A DNA stretch of 32,000 nt, from NCBI RefSeq assembly GCF_000012805.1, contig NC_007484.1, positions 1,590,001 through 1,622,000 on the forward strand, read 5' to 3'. The notes beneath the pieces were generated by a model. That model had not been told where the DNA came from and did not search any database. It was given only the letters and a program-made list of their open reading frames with translations. The position numbers were made by a program, and so were the translations under genes. Origin of the DNA: Nitrosococcus oceani ATCC 19707 (GTDB taxonomy: Bacteria; Pseudomonadota; Gammaproteobacteria; Nitrosococcales; Nitrosococcaceae). Shown piece after piece: positions 17,596-25,645 of this stretch; the first letter of the stretch is position 1, and every line of letters starts with the position of its first letter.

Positions 17596-18981
17596 TTAGG
17601 ATCGCCAATGCACGGCGTAGCGGTTGTCCGCCTGGGCTAAAAATTCGTAGAGTTGGTTGAGAGAAAGCGGAGAGGGAAGTGGATGACGGCCGTGAATTTT
17701 GTGTAAGTCTTTATGATAGCGCGCAAAGGTGGAAAAATCACTCGGATAGGATTTTGTGTCAACGCCGATAAACCCATTTACTCCACGCGCCTGCTTAAGC
17801 AGGGCTTGCCAGCGTTCGATAGGGGGGAGTCCAATGCTTTCTACCCCATGGGCAAATAACATCATATGGATGTTATCATAAGGTGCTCTACTGTTGAGAT
17901 AGTTCTCAAGGCGCTGGGCCGAAGGCTCCATATTGAATACCATCCAAAAGGGTACGGCGCCAAGTCGCAGGGTCCACCACGGCTCCATGAGGATAAAGGA
18001 TTCTATTAGGAGCCGGTTTGATAGTATGCCCCGCTGACCATACCACCATTGATAGAGATCGGCCACCAGCGGACTCACTTGCTCCGGCTGGCTGAACACA
18101 ATACGTTTAACATGATGTCCTTGCCGTTTGGCAAAGGCTTTGATATCTTCGCCAAGGAGCGGTTCAAACCCCCATTCTGCTTCAGGGCTTTCCCCATCCG
18201 GGGTAGGTGGTTCCCAATGCCGTACGGAGGAGCCCATGCGCTCAAGGAAGTGGTTTACCCGTGGCCCGCCCTGCAGGTATTCCTCTTCACTAACTCCGCC
18301 CACTGCTCCATGCTGAAACACATACCGTTCGCCCACTTGGGTGGTGGGCCAGGTGCGTTGGCAATCAACCACAAAGAGGGTGCCGCCGGGGGCTAGGTGA
18401 TCCTTCAAAAAGCGCTCATAGCTGGGTCCCAGGCAGCGGCGCTTAACCCGAAAATAGGTGATGTACTGAACCATGAGGCGATCTTGGCTGGGGTCATGCA
18501 TATGATGCAGTTGGAGCTCAGGATTAGCCTCTAAAAGCGCTTGTCCTGCTTTCCGTCCGAGTTTTAATGCTTGCTTCGGATCGTCAGGATCAGTACTTTG
18601 GCGCACAGGAATAAGGTAGGTTTGGGGCAGCCAGGGTATCTGTAAGGCGGCGCATAGATGGATGAGCGCACCATTAGAAGAGCCTATCATCATCGCTGGA
18701 TACTGCCGTCTGGGATATTGGTTAACCATCCAATGGGCAACTGCTTCGGCGCTGACTTGAGGCATTTTTTCTGGTGCGACCGCCTCAAAAGATCCACCCA
18801 GTGCAAAAATTTTTTTTCGAGCTGTGGAGGGTAGCCAGTTCACCATTTGGGTGAGGGGCTCAAGCAGTCTCGACTGACCAAGTGCTGGAAAATCTTTGCC
18901 ATTTAAAAAACGGCTAAGCGCCCGCAGCATTGCAGAGGCAGAATCGAAATTGGCTAAATAAGGAGGGGGAGCACCGCGCAT
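17596..18981 (-). CDS. Hypothetical soluble protein, 461 aa, no motif recognised
   Basis: A long uninterrupted ORF with ordinary globular-looking composition, no TM segments and no signal peptide. It is flanked by 38-bp and 424-bp spacers, so it is probably monocistronic. Confidence 0.7.
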   Translation of the reverse strand: MRGAPPPYLANFDSASAMLRALSRFLNGKDFPALGQSRLLEPLTQMVNWLPSTARKKIFALGGSFEAVAPEKMPQVSAEAVAHWMVNQYPRRQYPAMMIGSSNGALIHLCAALQIPWLPQTYLIPVRQSTDPDDPKQALKLGRKAGQALLEANPELQLHHMHDPSQDRLMVQYITYFRVKRRCLGPSYERFLKDHLAPGGTLFVVDCQRTWPTTQVGERYVFQHGAVGGVSEEEYLQGGPRVNHFLERMGSSVRHWEPPTPDGESPEAEWGFEPLLGEDIKAFAKRQGHHVKRIVFSQPEQVSPLVADLYQWWYGQRGILSNRLLIESFILMEPWWTLRLGAVPFWMVFNMEPSAQRLENYLNSRAPYDNIHMMLFAHGVESIGLPPIERWQALLKQARGVNGFIGVDTKSYPSDFSTFARYHKDLHKIHGRHPLPSPLSLNQLYEFLAQADNRYAVHWRS

Positions 18982-19405
18982 AAGGTTTATAGCTAGTTTT
19001 TTTCAGAGTAATCTTCATAGCCTAGTAAAAGAGTAGCATAATACAAGGTAGAGACCGCATAAGGATGAAGAGGCGTGAGATAATCCCTGAAACTATGTTA
19101 AAAATGGCCATCCAATTCCCCCATGGTAGAAGGTAGATTCTTTGTGGCGATTTTTGACGTTCTCCCTGCCCTCAAGAAGGGGAGTATCAAGTAGGTGATT
19201 GAGGTGAGGGTGTAAAGAAATAAAAGAGCACTGGAACTGCAAACGCTCTGGCTCTGTGTGGCCGCCGTCTATTTTGCGGGCAGTGTCAGTGATGCACTAT
19301 TAGCCGCGCTGAAGCAGTCTATAGCGCAACCATATTACTTTACCTCCCTTTTCCTATACAAAGGGCCTTTAGGCGTGAATTCAAGTAAAGGTAAGGTTTT
19401 ATAGT

Positions 19406-19672
19406 TTAGGGGGTATTTTTTCCCATTCGGTTTGTCAGCCAAAGGCGTAAAAGGGGGCTGGCTTCCTGGGAGAGAGTTTTTGATATTGATGGAAAGAAAC
19501 CGGCAACGAAGCCAGCAGTAAAAGCGAAAGCAATAGCGGGGATAGGAGTCGTTTTTTTATAGGGTTTCGAAGGTAAGCGTGCAGCTCCCATTTGTGCTGC
19601 GGCTAGTAAACGCAGGCGTGCCTGGCTTATCCTTTCTTCAGGAGTGATATTAGAATTTTTTATAGCCGCCAT
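19406..19672 (-). CDS. YqjK-like small membrane protein (tentative)
   Basis: It is the third gene of a yqjD/yqjE-like module. An N-terminal charged helix (EERISQARLRLLAAAQ) is followed by one TM segment (IPAIAFAFTAGFVAGFF). Confidence 0.5.
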   Translation of the reverse strand: MAAIKNSNITPEERISQARLRLLAAAQMGAARLPSKPYKKTTPIPAIAFAFTAGFVAGFFPSISKTLSQEASPLLRLWLTNRMGKNTP

Positions 19673-19687
19673 GATTAAAATCCAAAA

Positions 19688-19966
19688 TTATCGCCGGAGT
19701 TTTAAATTTCCAAAGAAGATTAACAGCAGACCGAATAAAATAGCTATCGCCCCGGTAATGAGTACAGCAATAGGCATTGAAAATACGGTATCTAATGCCA
19801 AACCGATGGATACCAATATTAAAACCAATGCTATGATAAGAAAAAATACCCCTGCCAGGTAAAAACCTAGTGCGGCGAGGAAAGAAAAAAGATTTATTTT
19901 CGATTGCTGCAGTTCTGCTTTGATCAGTTCGATCGCAGCTAGAAAAACTTCGACAAAGGCAGTCAC
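19688..19966 (-). CDS. YqjE-like (DUF1469, 'phage holin family'-type) two-TM membrane protein
   Basis: 92 aa, starting at GTG 19966, 3 nt after the DUF883 stop. It has an amphipathic N-terminus and two long TM helices. Confidence 0.6.
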   Translation of the reverse strand: MTAFVEVFLAAIELIKAELQQSKINLFSFLAALGFYLAGVFFLIIALVLILVSIGLALDTVFSMPIAVLITGAIAILFGLLLIFFGNLKLRR

Positions 19967-19969
19967 GAT

Positions 19970-20284
19970 TTATTTTTGAGAGAACAGTTTACCTGCAATT
20001 AATCCAGCTACAAAGGCAACACCCAAGCTAGCCAGTGGGTGCCGTTCAATTTCGCTATAGGTGGATGTGACCGCCCGTTCGCCCCCTTCGCGGGCCGACA
20101 AATAGGCTCGGTTTAATTTCTCAAGCATTTCGTCTAGTTCCTGCTCGGCCTTGGTTTTGGTAGTTCGGGCTGTGCTCTGACCCAAGTTTTTTACTGCTGA
20201 AACTACGCTTCCCATATCTTTACGTAGTTGGCTAAGTTCATCCTTTAATTCATCCACTTCTTTTTTTGGAGAGTTATCCGCCAT
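19970..20284 (-). CDS. DUF883 family (ElaB/YqjD/YgaM-like) membrane-anchored ribosome-binding protein
   Basis: A 104-aa coiled-coil protein (DELKDELSQLRKDM...) ending in the family's C-terminal anchor HPLASLGVAFVAGLIAGKL. Confidence 0.8.
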   Translation of the reverse strand: MADNSPKKEVDELKDELSQLRKDMGSVVSAVKNLGQSTARTTKTKAEQELDEMLEKLNRAYLSAREGGERAVTSTYSEIERHPLASLGVAFVAGLIAGKLFSQK

Positions 20285-20567
20285 TTGAGAATTGCCTCTA
20301 TACTCTATTGAAAGTTAGAAAAATAATATTCAATACCACAATAGTAAAACGTTTTCTATTGGAAGAATAGCATATAAATAAAAAATCACCACTTTTTTTA
20401 TTGTCCTGAAAACGAAGGTACTCGCCAGAGTCAAATCTATTACTGGCGCGCTGTTTGCAAGTTTATTTAATTGGAATAAAACTTGCCTTTTGGGGACACT
20501 TCACTATGTTTATTCTGGAACTGCCATGCAAAGTATCCGTGAGATGGATTGTTTAAGGATAATGGAT

Positions 20568-21548
20568 ATGAAATCTTTACATAACGATAATGTAGAATCT
20601 ACACCAACCACAAAGACGCTAGAACCAGGCTCGCCCAATTCGCGCCTATTTCTCATTCTTAATCCGGTCGCGGGCAGTTGCAGCGCCGAGCGGGTCAGGT
20701 TTACTCTGAAGCAATACTGCGAGCAGCATGATGTAGGCTACGAAATTTATGAGACCACCGGCAAAGAGCACTTGCCCAGTATTGTGCGCCAGGCACGGGA
20801 GGAAGACTATAGCGTCATCGTTGCAGCGGGCGGTGATGGCACCGCTTCGATGGTGGCCGGTGAGTTAATCCACAGCCCGATTCCTCTGGGTATTATCCCA
20901 GTGGGCACGGCCAATTTACTAGCCCGTGAGTTGGCCATCCCGTTAGATCTGGAGTCCGCCTGTCAACTCGTGGTTACCGGGGGTGCCATAAGAAAGATTG
21001 ATGCCATGCGGGTGGGCCGTCAGGTTTTGATTTCTCATATTAGCCTGGGTTCTTATTCGCGCATTGCGGAGAGAACCAGCGTGGAGGCTAAACGGCGTTT
21101 TCGCCAACTCGCCTATATCTGGAATGGGATAGCCGAATTTATCGGCACTCGGGTATGGCGTTTTGACCTCGTTGTGGACGGTCAGCGGCAGCGCATTAAA
21201 GCCGCTTTTATTATGATCGCTAACGTAGGCGCCATGGGAGCGGCTACCCTGCGCTGGGGTGAAGAGGTCAAGCCTGATGACGGGAAAGTAGATATTTGTA
21301 TTGTCCGAACCCGGGGCCTTCTCCATTACTCGTCTTTTTTGTGGCATGCCTTGAGAGGACGGCATAAGGAATCTCCCCATACGGACTATTTATGGGCCGA
21401 AAAAAATATAAAGGTAACGGCAAAAAAGAATTTGCCGGTGCGGGGCGATGGGGAAATTATTGGTCGCTCCAGCGTGGAGATAGAGATTATCCCAAGGGCC
21501 GTTCCCATCATCGTCCCCGCTCCCGTGCCTGATGAGATAGCCTCCTGA
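20568..21548 (+). CDS. Diacylglycerol-kinase catalytic-domain lipid kinase (YegS/BmrU family)
   Basis: LFLILNPVAGS ... VIVAAGGDGT ... PLGIIPVGTANLLAREL. The start is ambiguous: tracked TTG 20490, or ATGs at 20526, 20544, 20562 and 20568. ATG 20568 has the best spacing to AAGGA. Confidence 0.8.
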   Translation: MKSLHNDNVESTPTTKTLEPGSPNSRLFLILNPVAGSCSAERVRFTLKQYCEQHDVGYEIYETTGKEHLPSIVRQAREEDYSVIVAAGGDGTASMVAGELIHSPIPLGIIPVGTANLLARELAIPLDLESACQLVVTGGAIRKIDAMRVGRQVLISHISLGSYSRIAERTSVEAKRRFRQLAYIWNGIAEFIGTRVWRFDLVVDGQRQRIKAAFIMIANVGAMGAATLRWGEEVKPDDGKVDICIVRTRGLLHYSSFLWHALRGRHKESPHTDYLWAEKNIKVTAKKNLPVRGDGEIIGRSSVEIEIIPRAVPIIVPAPVPDEIAS

Positions 21549-21561
21549 AATTACATAAAAC

Positions 21562-22767
21562 TTAAAGGTGAATGTGGCGGTCGCGCCCCGCTCCTAGGGC
21601 TGCCCAGGCGGCCCCCATCAAGGCCGCCCCGAAGGGCACGCCGGCCCATTGCCAACTCCCCAAGTATTCGGGAATGAGTCCTAATATCAGCGGACCCAAG
21701 GCCGCCAGCACATAGCCTATTCCTTGGACCATGCCGGAAAGATCTCCGGCAATCTCGGCATTGGGCGCGCGTAATACGATTAGCACTAGGGCAATACTGA
21801 ATGCCCCGCCCATCCCCAGGCCAATTAAGGTGATCCAGAACCATGCCCAGAGCATGGACCCATAAAGCACGCCAGCTAGCCCTGTGGCGGTGAGGGCGAG
21901 CATCACCATGATCGCGGCCCGCTGATCCCGTCCCCAGGTGGCGAGAGAAGGCCCGATCAGGGCAGTAAGGGTCTGGACCATAATCGAGGCCGAGAGCAGA
22001 AAGCCGGCCTGCAATGGCGGAATCCCTCGGCTTTGTAAAATGGTTGGCAGCCAGCTAAAGGTCATATAGGCGGTTGAGGACTGGAGTCCCATGTAGAGGG
22101 TGACTTGCCATGCTAAGGGGTGGCGCCAGAGTCCACGGTGTTGCGCGGTGTCTGTTCGCTGCTTATTATTTTCACGAGCCAGGGGAAACCACAGCAGCGC
22201 CGCAGCCAGGGCGGGCAATCCCCAAGCGCTTAATGCCCCTTCCCAGCTTTGCCCCGACCATTGAGCGAGGGGGACGGTCAGGCCCGCAGCCAGTGCCCCC
22301 CCAAGGCACAGGGCCATGGTGTAAAGGCCCGTCATAGGACCGGCATGGCGAGGGAAATCCCGTTTTACGATTCCTGGGAGCAGGCTCCCGGCGATACCGA
22401 TGGCGCACCCAGCCATTAGGGTGCCGGCAAACAGGCCATAAAGCCCGCCCATTCCCCTCAGTCCAGTGCCGGCGGCCAAGAGGAGCAAAGCCCCTGCCAG
22501 CAGGCGTTCAATGCCCCAGCGCCGTCCCCAGCGGGCCGCGGGAGGCGCCAATAATCCCAGGCAGAGCACGGGCAAGGTCGTGAGCAAACTGGCGCCCCAG
22601 GCACCCAGGCCCGTTTCGGAACGCACCTCCGGCAGTACCGGTCCAAGGCTGGTAAGGGCTGGACGCAGGTTAATTCCAACCAGAAAAATCGCGCTAATTA
22701 GCCAGGGGATAGAGTAGACGTTTACCCACGTTTTTGGCGTTTTTTTCAATAATCGAAATGGAAACAT
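21562..22767 (-). CDS. MFS transporter, CynX/NimT (cyanate-permease-like) family
   Basis: A 401-aa, 12-TM-like protein whose N-terminal pattern GINLRPALTSLGPVLPEVRSETGLGAWGASLLTTLPVLCLGLLAP is typical of CynX-type MFS. The gene is visibly more GC-rich than its neighbours. Confidence 0.75.
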   Translation of the reverse strand: MFPFRLLKKTPKTWVNVYSIPWLISAIFLVGINLRPALTSLGPVLPEVRSETGLGAWGASLLTTLPVLCLGLLAPPAARWGRRWGIERLLAGALLLLAAGTGLRGMGGLYGLFAGTLMAGCAIGIAGSLLPGIVKRDFPRHAGPMTGLYTMALCLGGALAAGLTVPLAQWSGQSWEGALSAWGLPALAAALLWFPLARENNKQRTDTAQHRGLWRHPLAWQVTLYMGLQSSTAYMTFSWLPTILQSRGIPPLQAGFLLSASIMVQTLTALIGPSLATWGRDQRAAIMVMLALTATGLAGVLYGSMLWAWFWITLIGLGMGGAFSIALVLIVLRAPNAEIAGDLSGMVQGIGYVLAALGPLILGLIPEYLGSWQWAGVPFGAALMGAAWAALGAGRDRHIHL

Positions 22768-22873
22768 CTGGGTTTGGTTTTTTGTCCTCTTTAAACCTCT
22801 TCAGCCACAAGATTGCCTGGAGATCTCCGCTGAGCTAGAAATTTGATCAATAGAATTCAGGCTTTGAAGGTAG

Positions 22874-22900
22874 AAAGTAACTTTAACTCAGCGTTACTTT
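22874..22900. promoter_or_regulatory. Inverted repeat AAAGTAAC-N11-GTTACTTT in the divergent cynX-like/YVTN promoter region; candidate operator
   Basis: 8-bp perfect arms at 22874-22881 and 22893-22900, about 80 bp upstream of the YVTN ATG (22979). Confidence 0.25.
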
Positions 22901-22978
22901 ATACCAAACTTCCTAATGAAAGCCTCGACGGTGACGCCGAAGCGAGCCAGTAACCCACCACGAATAAGGAGTTTAGCG

Positions 22979-24130
22979 ATGAAAAAAATTGATGGTTTTA
23001 TGGTGGCTTTGTTAGCAGGGGGAGCAGGGCTGATGCTAAGTGCTACGGATAGTGTTCTAGCCGCGGAAAGCAGCGGTTCAGGGCAGGATAATCAAGGGCT
23101 CCAGGCGAAGCTTTATGTCACCCTGGAGGAGCCGGATGCGTTGGGAATCGTGGATCCAAAGTCCAAGAAAGGGCTAGGGACGGTTGCTGTCGGTGGGAAG
23201 CCCCATGATGTGATTTGCGCCCCGGATGGGGCGACGGCCTATGTCACCAATCCAGAAACCCACAACCTGAGCGTCGTGGATACAGCAACGGATAAAGTCA
23301 AAAAAACCGTGGAATTTGGCCAGGGAACGACCCCCTGGCATGTGGAAATATCCCCGGATGGTTCTCAGGTCTTTGCCGCCCTCCAGGATCAATCAGCGGT
23401 GGCGATTATTGCTACCGCTGATAATCATTTAGCGACCAAAGTTTCGGTGACAAGCGGTCCCTGGGGGGTGGCTGCCCCTAAAAACGGACCTTGGGCGGTG
23501 GCCGCCCCAAGGAATGATGTCGTTTACGTCACGCTCAATGGGAGCATTACCAAAGGCACGGCGAATGCAGCCCGCAGTGAAGATATTGCTGTGTTTGATC
23601 CAACGGCGGCTGTACCTACCGTGAAATATGTGACCCTGGCGGCGGACACGGCCAATGGACCCCACGGGATCGTATCAGCGCCGGATGGATCGGCGGTTTA
23701 TGTCGCCGCCGAGGCAAGTCATGAAGTATGGAAAATCCAGGTGGACGGCAACCAGGCAAAGCGGGTAGTCGAAATCCCTGATCCTAATCCTGCTGGAACG
23801 CCTCTTAACCCAGGCTTCCCCACGGATCTGGGCATCAGCCCCGACGGTAATACGCTCATTGCCGTTAACCACGACCTTGACTCCATAACGGTAATTAATC
23901 TGAAAACCCATAAAATCATCGAGACGGTCAGCACGGGTGAAGGCAGCGCGCCCTGGGGAGCGTTGATTTCGCCGGATGGACAGACGGCTTATATCTCCAC
24001 CAACGGCGCGGACAGCCTTGCCTTTTTTTCCATGAAGGAACTCACCGATGGGACGGAAGGGGCCCGCAAGCATACCATCGCGGATTTGCCCACTTCAGAT
24101 GGCCTCGCGTGGTGTAATTTGGCCCAATAG
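22979..24130 (+). CDS. Secreted YVTN-type beta-propeller repeat protein (YncE/lactonase-like fold)
   Basis: ATG 22979 follows AAGGAG with 7-nt spacing. The signal peptide is MKKIDGFMVALLAGGAGLMLSATDSVLAA. Blade motifs recur (G.KPHDV..APDG...YVTN; ISPDG; SAPDGS.VYVA; ISPDG..L.AVNH; ISPDG...YIS). Confidence 0.8.
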   Translation: MKKIDGFMVALLAGGAGLMLSATDSVLAAESSGSGQDNQGLQAKLYVTLEEPDALGIVDPKSKKGLGTVAVGGKPHDVICAPDGATAYVTNPETHNLSVVDTATDKVKKTVEFGQGTTPWHVEISPDGSQVFAALQDQSAVAIIATADNHLATKVSVTSGPWGVAAPKNGPWAVAAPRNDVVYVTLNGSITKGTANAARSEDIAVFDPTAAVPTVKYVTLAADTANGPHGIVSAPDGSAVYVAAEASHEVWKIQVDGNQAKRVVEIPDPNPAGTPLNPGFPTDLGISPDGNTLIAVNHDLDSITVINLKTHKIIETVSTGEGSAPWGALISPDGQTAYISTNGADSLAFFSMKELTDGTEGARKHTIADLPTSDGLAWCNLAQ

Positions 24131-24407
24131 GGTAGGAAAATAAATGCTTTGCCTCTACGCTAGCTAGAATCGGATGGGGCGGTACACTGGGCAAATAACC
24201 TCCTTGCCAGCAGGTTCGGGGATTGAACTTGCTCAACATGCTTGTGGGTATTTTCAGGCACTAGTACACGTGTAATAGTGGCCTCTGATGGCTGGTTCCA
24301 TAGAAAATATACCTATAGATTTTTTTGGTACCATAAAAAATTATTGTTGTGGCACTTTCTTGAGTCCAACAAACAATAGTATCTTATGCCCAACACAGCA
24401 GTAAACG

Positions 24408-24437
24408 TGGGATGCCAGCTTTTTCAAGGGCATCCCA
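24408..24437 (+). other. Hairpin directly after a 38-codon ORF in the convergent spacer
   Basis: tgggatgcc (24408-24416) pairs with ggcatccca (24429-24437), giving a 9-bp stem and a 12-nt loop. No T-tract follows. Confidence 0.3.
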
Positions 24438-24483
24438 TGTTCGTGTTACAGCTTCATTATTGTACCTATATGCCTCTCCTTTA

Positions 24484-24512
24484 CCCCCGGGTTTTACCCC
24501 GGGGTTTTTTTT
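24484..24512 (+). terminator. Rho-independent terminator oriented on the plus strand, about 350 nt from the nearest plus-strand gene
   Basis: A GC stem (ccccggg, loop tttta, cccgggg) spans 24484-24504 and is followed by T8 (24505-12). On the minus strand the stem is preceded by A8 and has no U-tract after it. Confidence 0.65.
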
Positions 24513-24545
24513 GCTAGTAGCTATCCCAAACCCCGCTAAAAGTAG

Positions 24546-25628
24546 TTACCAGCGCCAATCTACCATGAAGACATTGGTTTCCCCTTCCACCTTGCCGTTG
24601 CGGTTGGAGGCAAATACCAGCTTTTTGCCATCGTGGGAGAACATGGGAAAGCCATCGAAATCAGGATGATGAGTGATCTGCTCGATTTCCCGGGTATCCA
24701 CGTTAATCAGGAACAGATCAAAGTTGCGGCCTTTGGGATTGTGCATGTTGGAGGAGAAGATGATGTGCTTGCCATCCGGATGCCAATAGGGGCCGAAGTT
24801 GGCGGCGCCATTGTCGGTGAGCTGGATAGGTTTGCGTTCCTCTAGGTTCATGATGAAAATTTCCAGTTGGCTAGGACGGATGAGTCCTTGTTTGAGCAAG
24901 CTTTGATAATCGGCCAGGGCTTTACCTTCGGGACGGGAGGCGCGCCAGACGATCCATTGACCATCCCGGGAGAAAAAGGCCCCGCCATCGTAGCCGGGTT
25001 GATCAGTGAGCTGTTCCACCTCGCTGCCGTCCGGGTTCATCATGAACAGTTCCAGATCCCCCGTGCGGGCTGACGTAAAGATAATTTTGTCCCCCTTGGG
25101 AGAGTAAACTCCCTCGGCATCGTAGCCAGGGGTGTCGGTCAGGCGCACCCGATTGCCGCCTTCCGGATCAGCCCGGAAAATGTCATAGCCCTCGTACAAG
25201 GGCCAGACGTAGCCTTGGGAGTAGTCAGGTTTGGGGGGACACTGGTCGCCCGCCAGATGAGTAGAGGCATAGATAATGGCCTGGTCGTCCGGGGCAATAA
25301 ATGAGCAGGTGGTCACCCCTTTGCCAGAGGAGACCTGGCGGACATTCTTGCCATCCGCATCCATACGGAAGATAGCGTCGCACTTCAAATCGTCACGGGT
25401 AGACTGAAAAATCAGCTCCTTGCCGTCAAAAGAAAAATAAGCTTCGGCGTTCTGGCCGCCAAAGGTAAGTTGACGGAGATGGGTCAGGTGCTTTTCGCCG
25501 GGATAGCGAAGCTCCTCCGTCGGGGAAGCGGGACTGTTAGTGGGTTCTGCCGCGATAGCCCCAGCAGCGCCCGCGCAGAGCGTCGCCACTAGGAGCCAAC
25601 TGGAAGCGACAGTATTGATGTCTCGCAT
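24546..25628 (-). CDS. TolB-like periplasmic PD40 beta-propeller protein
   Basis: Recurrent PD40 repeats (FSFDGKELIFQSTR; YSPKGDKIIFTSARTGDLELFMMNPDGS..EQLT; FSRDGQWIVW; WHPDGKHIIFSS; FSHDGKKLVFASNRNG). ATG 25628 (MRDINTVASSWLLVATLCAGAAGAIA, a signal peptide) follows GGAGG with 7-nt spacing. The tracked ATG 25649 would instead make an ATGA overlap with the peptidase stop. Confidence 0.85.
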   Translation of the reverse strand: MRDINTVASSWLLVATLCAGAAGAIAAEPTNSPASPTEELRYPGEKHLTHLRQLTFGGQNAEAYFSFDGKELIFQSTRDDLKCDAIFRMDADGKNVRQVSSGKGVTTCSFIAPDDQAIIYASTHLAGDQCPPKPDYSQGYVWPLYEGYDIFRADPEGGNRVRLTDTPGYDAEGVYSPKGDKIIFTSARTGDLELFMMNPDGSEVEQLTDQPGYDGGAFFSRDGQWIVWRASRPEGKALADYQSLLKQGLIRPSQLEIFIMNLEERKPIQLTDNGAANFGPYWHPDGKHIIFSSNMHNPKGRNFDLFLINVDTREIEQITHHPDFDGFPMFSHDGKKLVFASNRNGKVEGETNVFMVDWRW

Positions 25629-25645
25629 GAATTTACCTCCAAGAG

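Noticed and set aside
18049-18396. Plus-strand ORFs inside the 461-aa gene
   Set aside because: They are antisense shadows much shorter than the host ORF.
21551-22717. Five tracked ORFs inside or antisense to the cynX-like gene (21551-21844, 22110-22337, 22172-22408, 22458-22679, 22466-22717)
   Set aside because: These are stop-poor shadow frames expected in very GC-rich DNA. Their translations are Arg/Pro/Gly-rich.
23174-24239. Minus-strand ORFs antisense to the YVTN gene (up to 132 aa)
   Set aside because: They are antisense to a gene with a signal peptide and repeated blade motifs, and they have no independent support.
24350-24364. Sigma-54-like TGGCAC...TTGA element in the convergent spacer
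   Set aside because: The spacing is GG-N9-GA rather than the strict GG-N10-GC, and the -12 element is TTGA, not TTGC.
24412-24669. 85-aa tracked plus-strand ORF
   Set aside because: It runs through the hairpin and terminator and into the 3' end of the TolB-like gene on the opposite strand.
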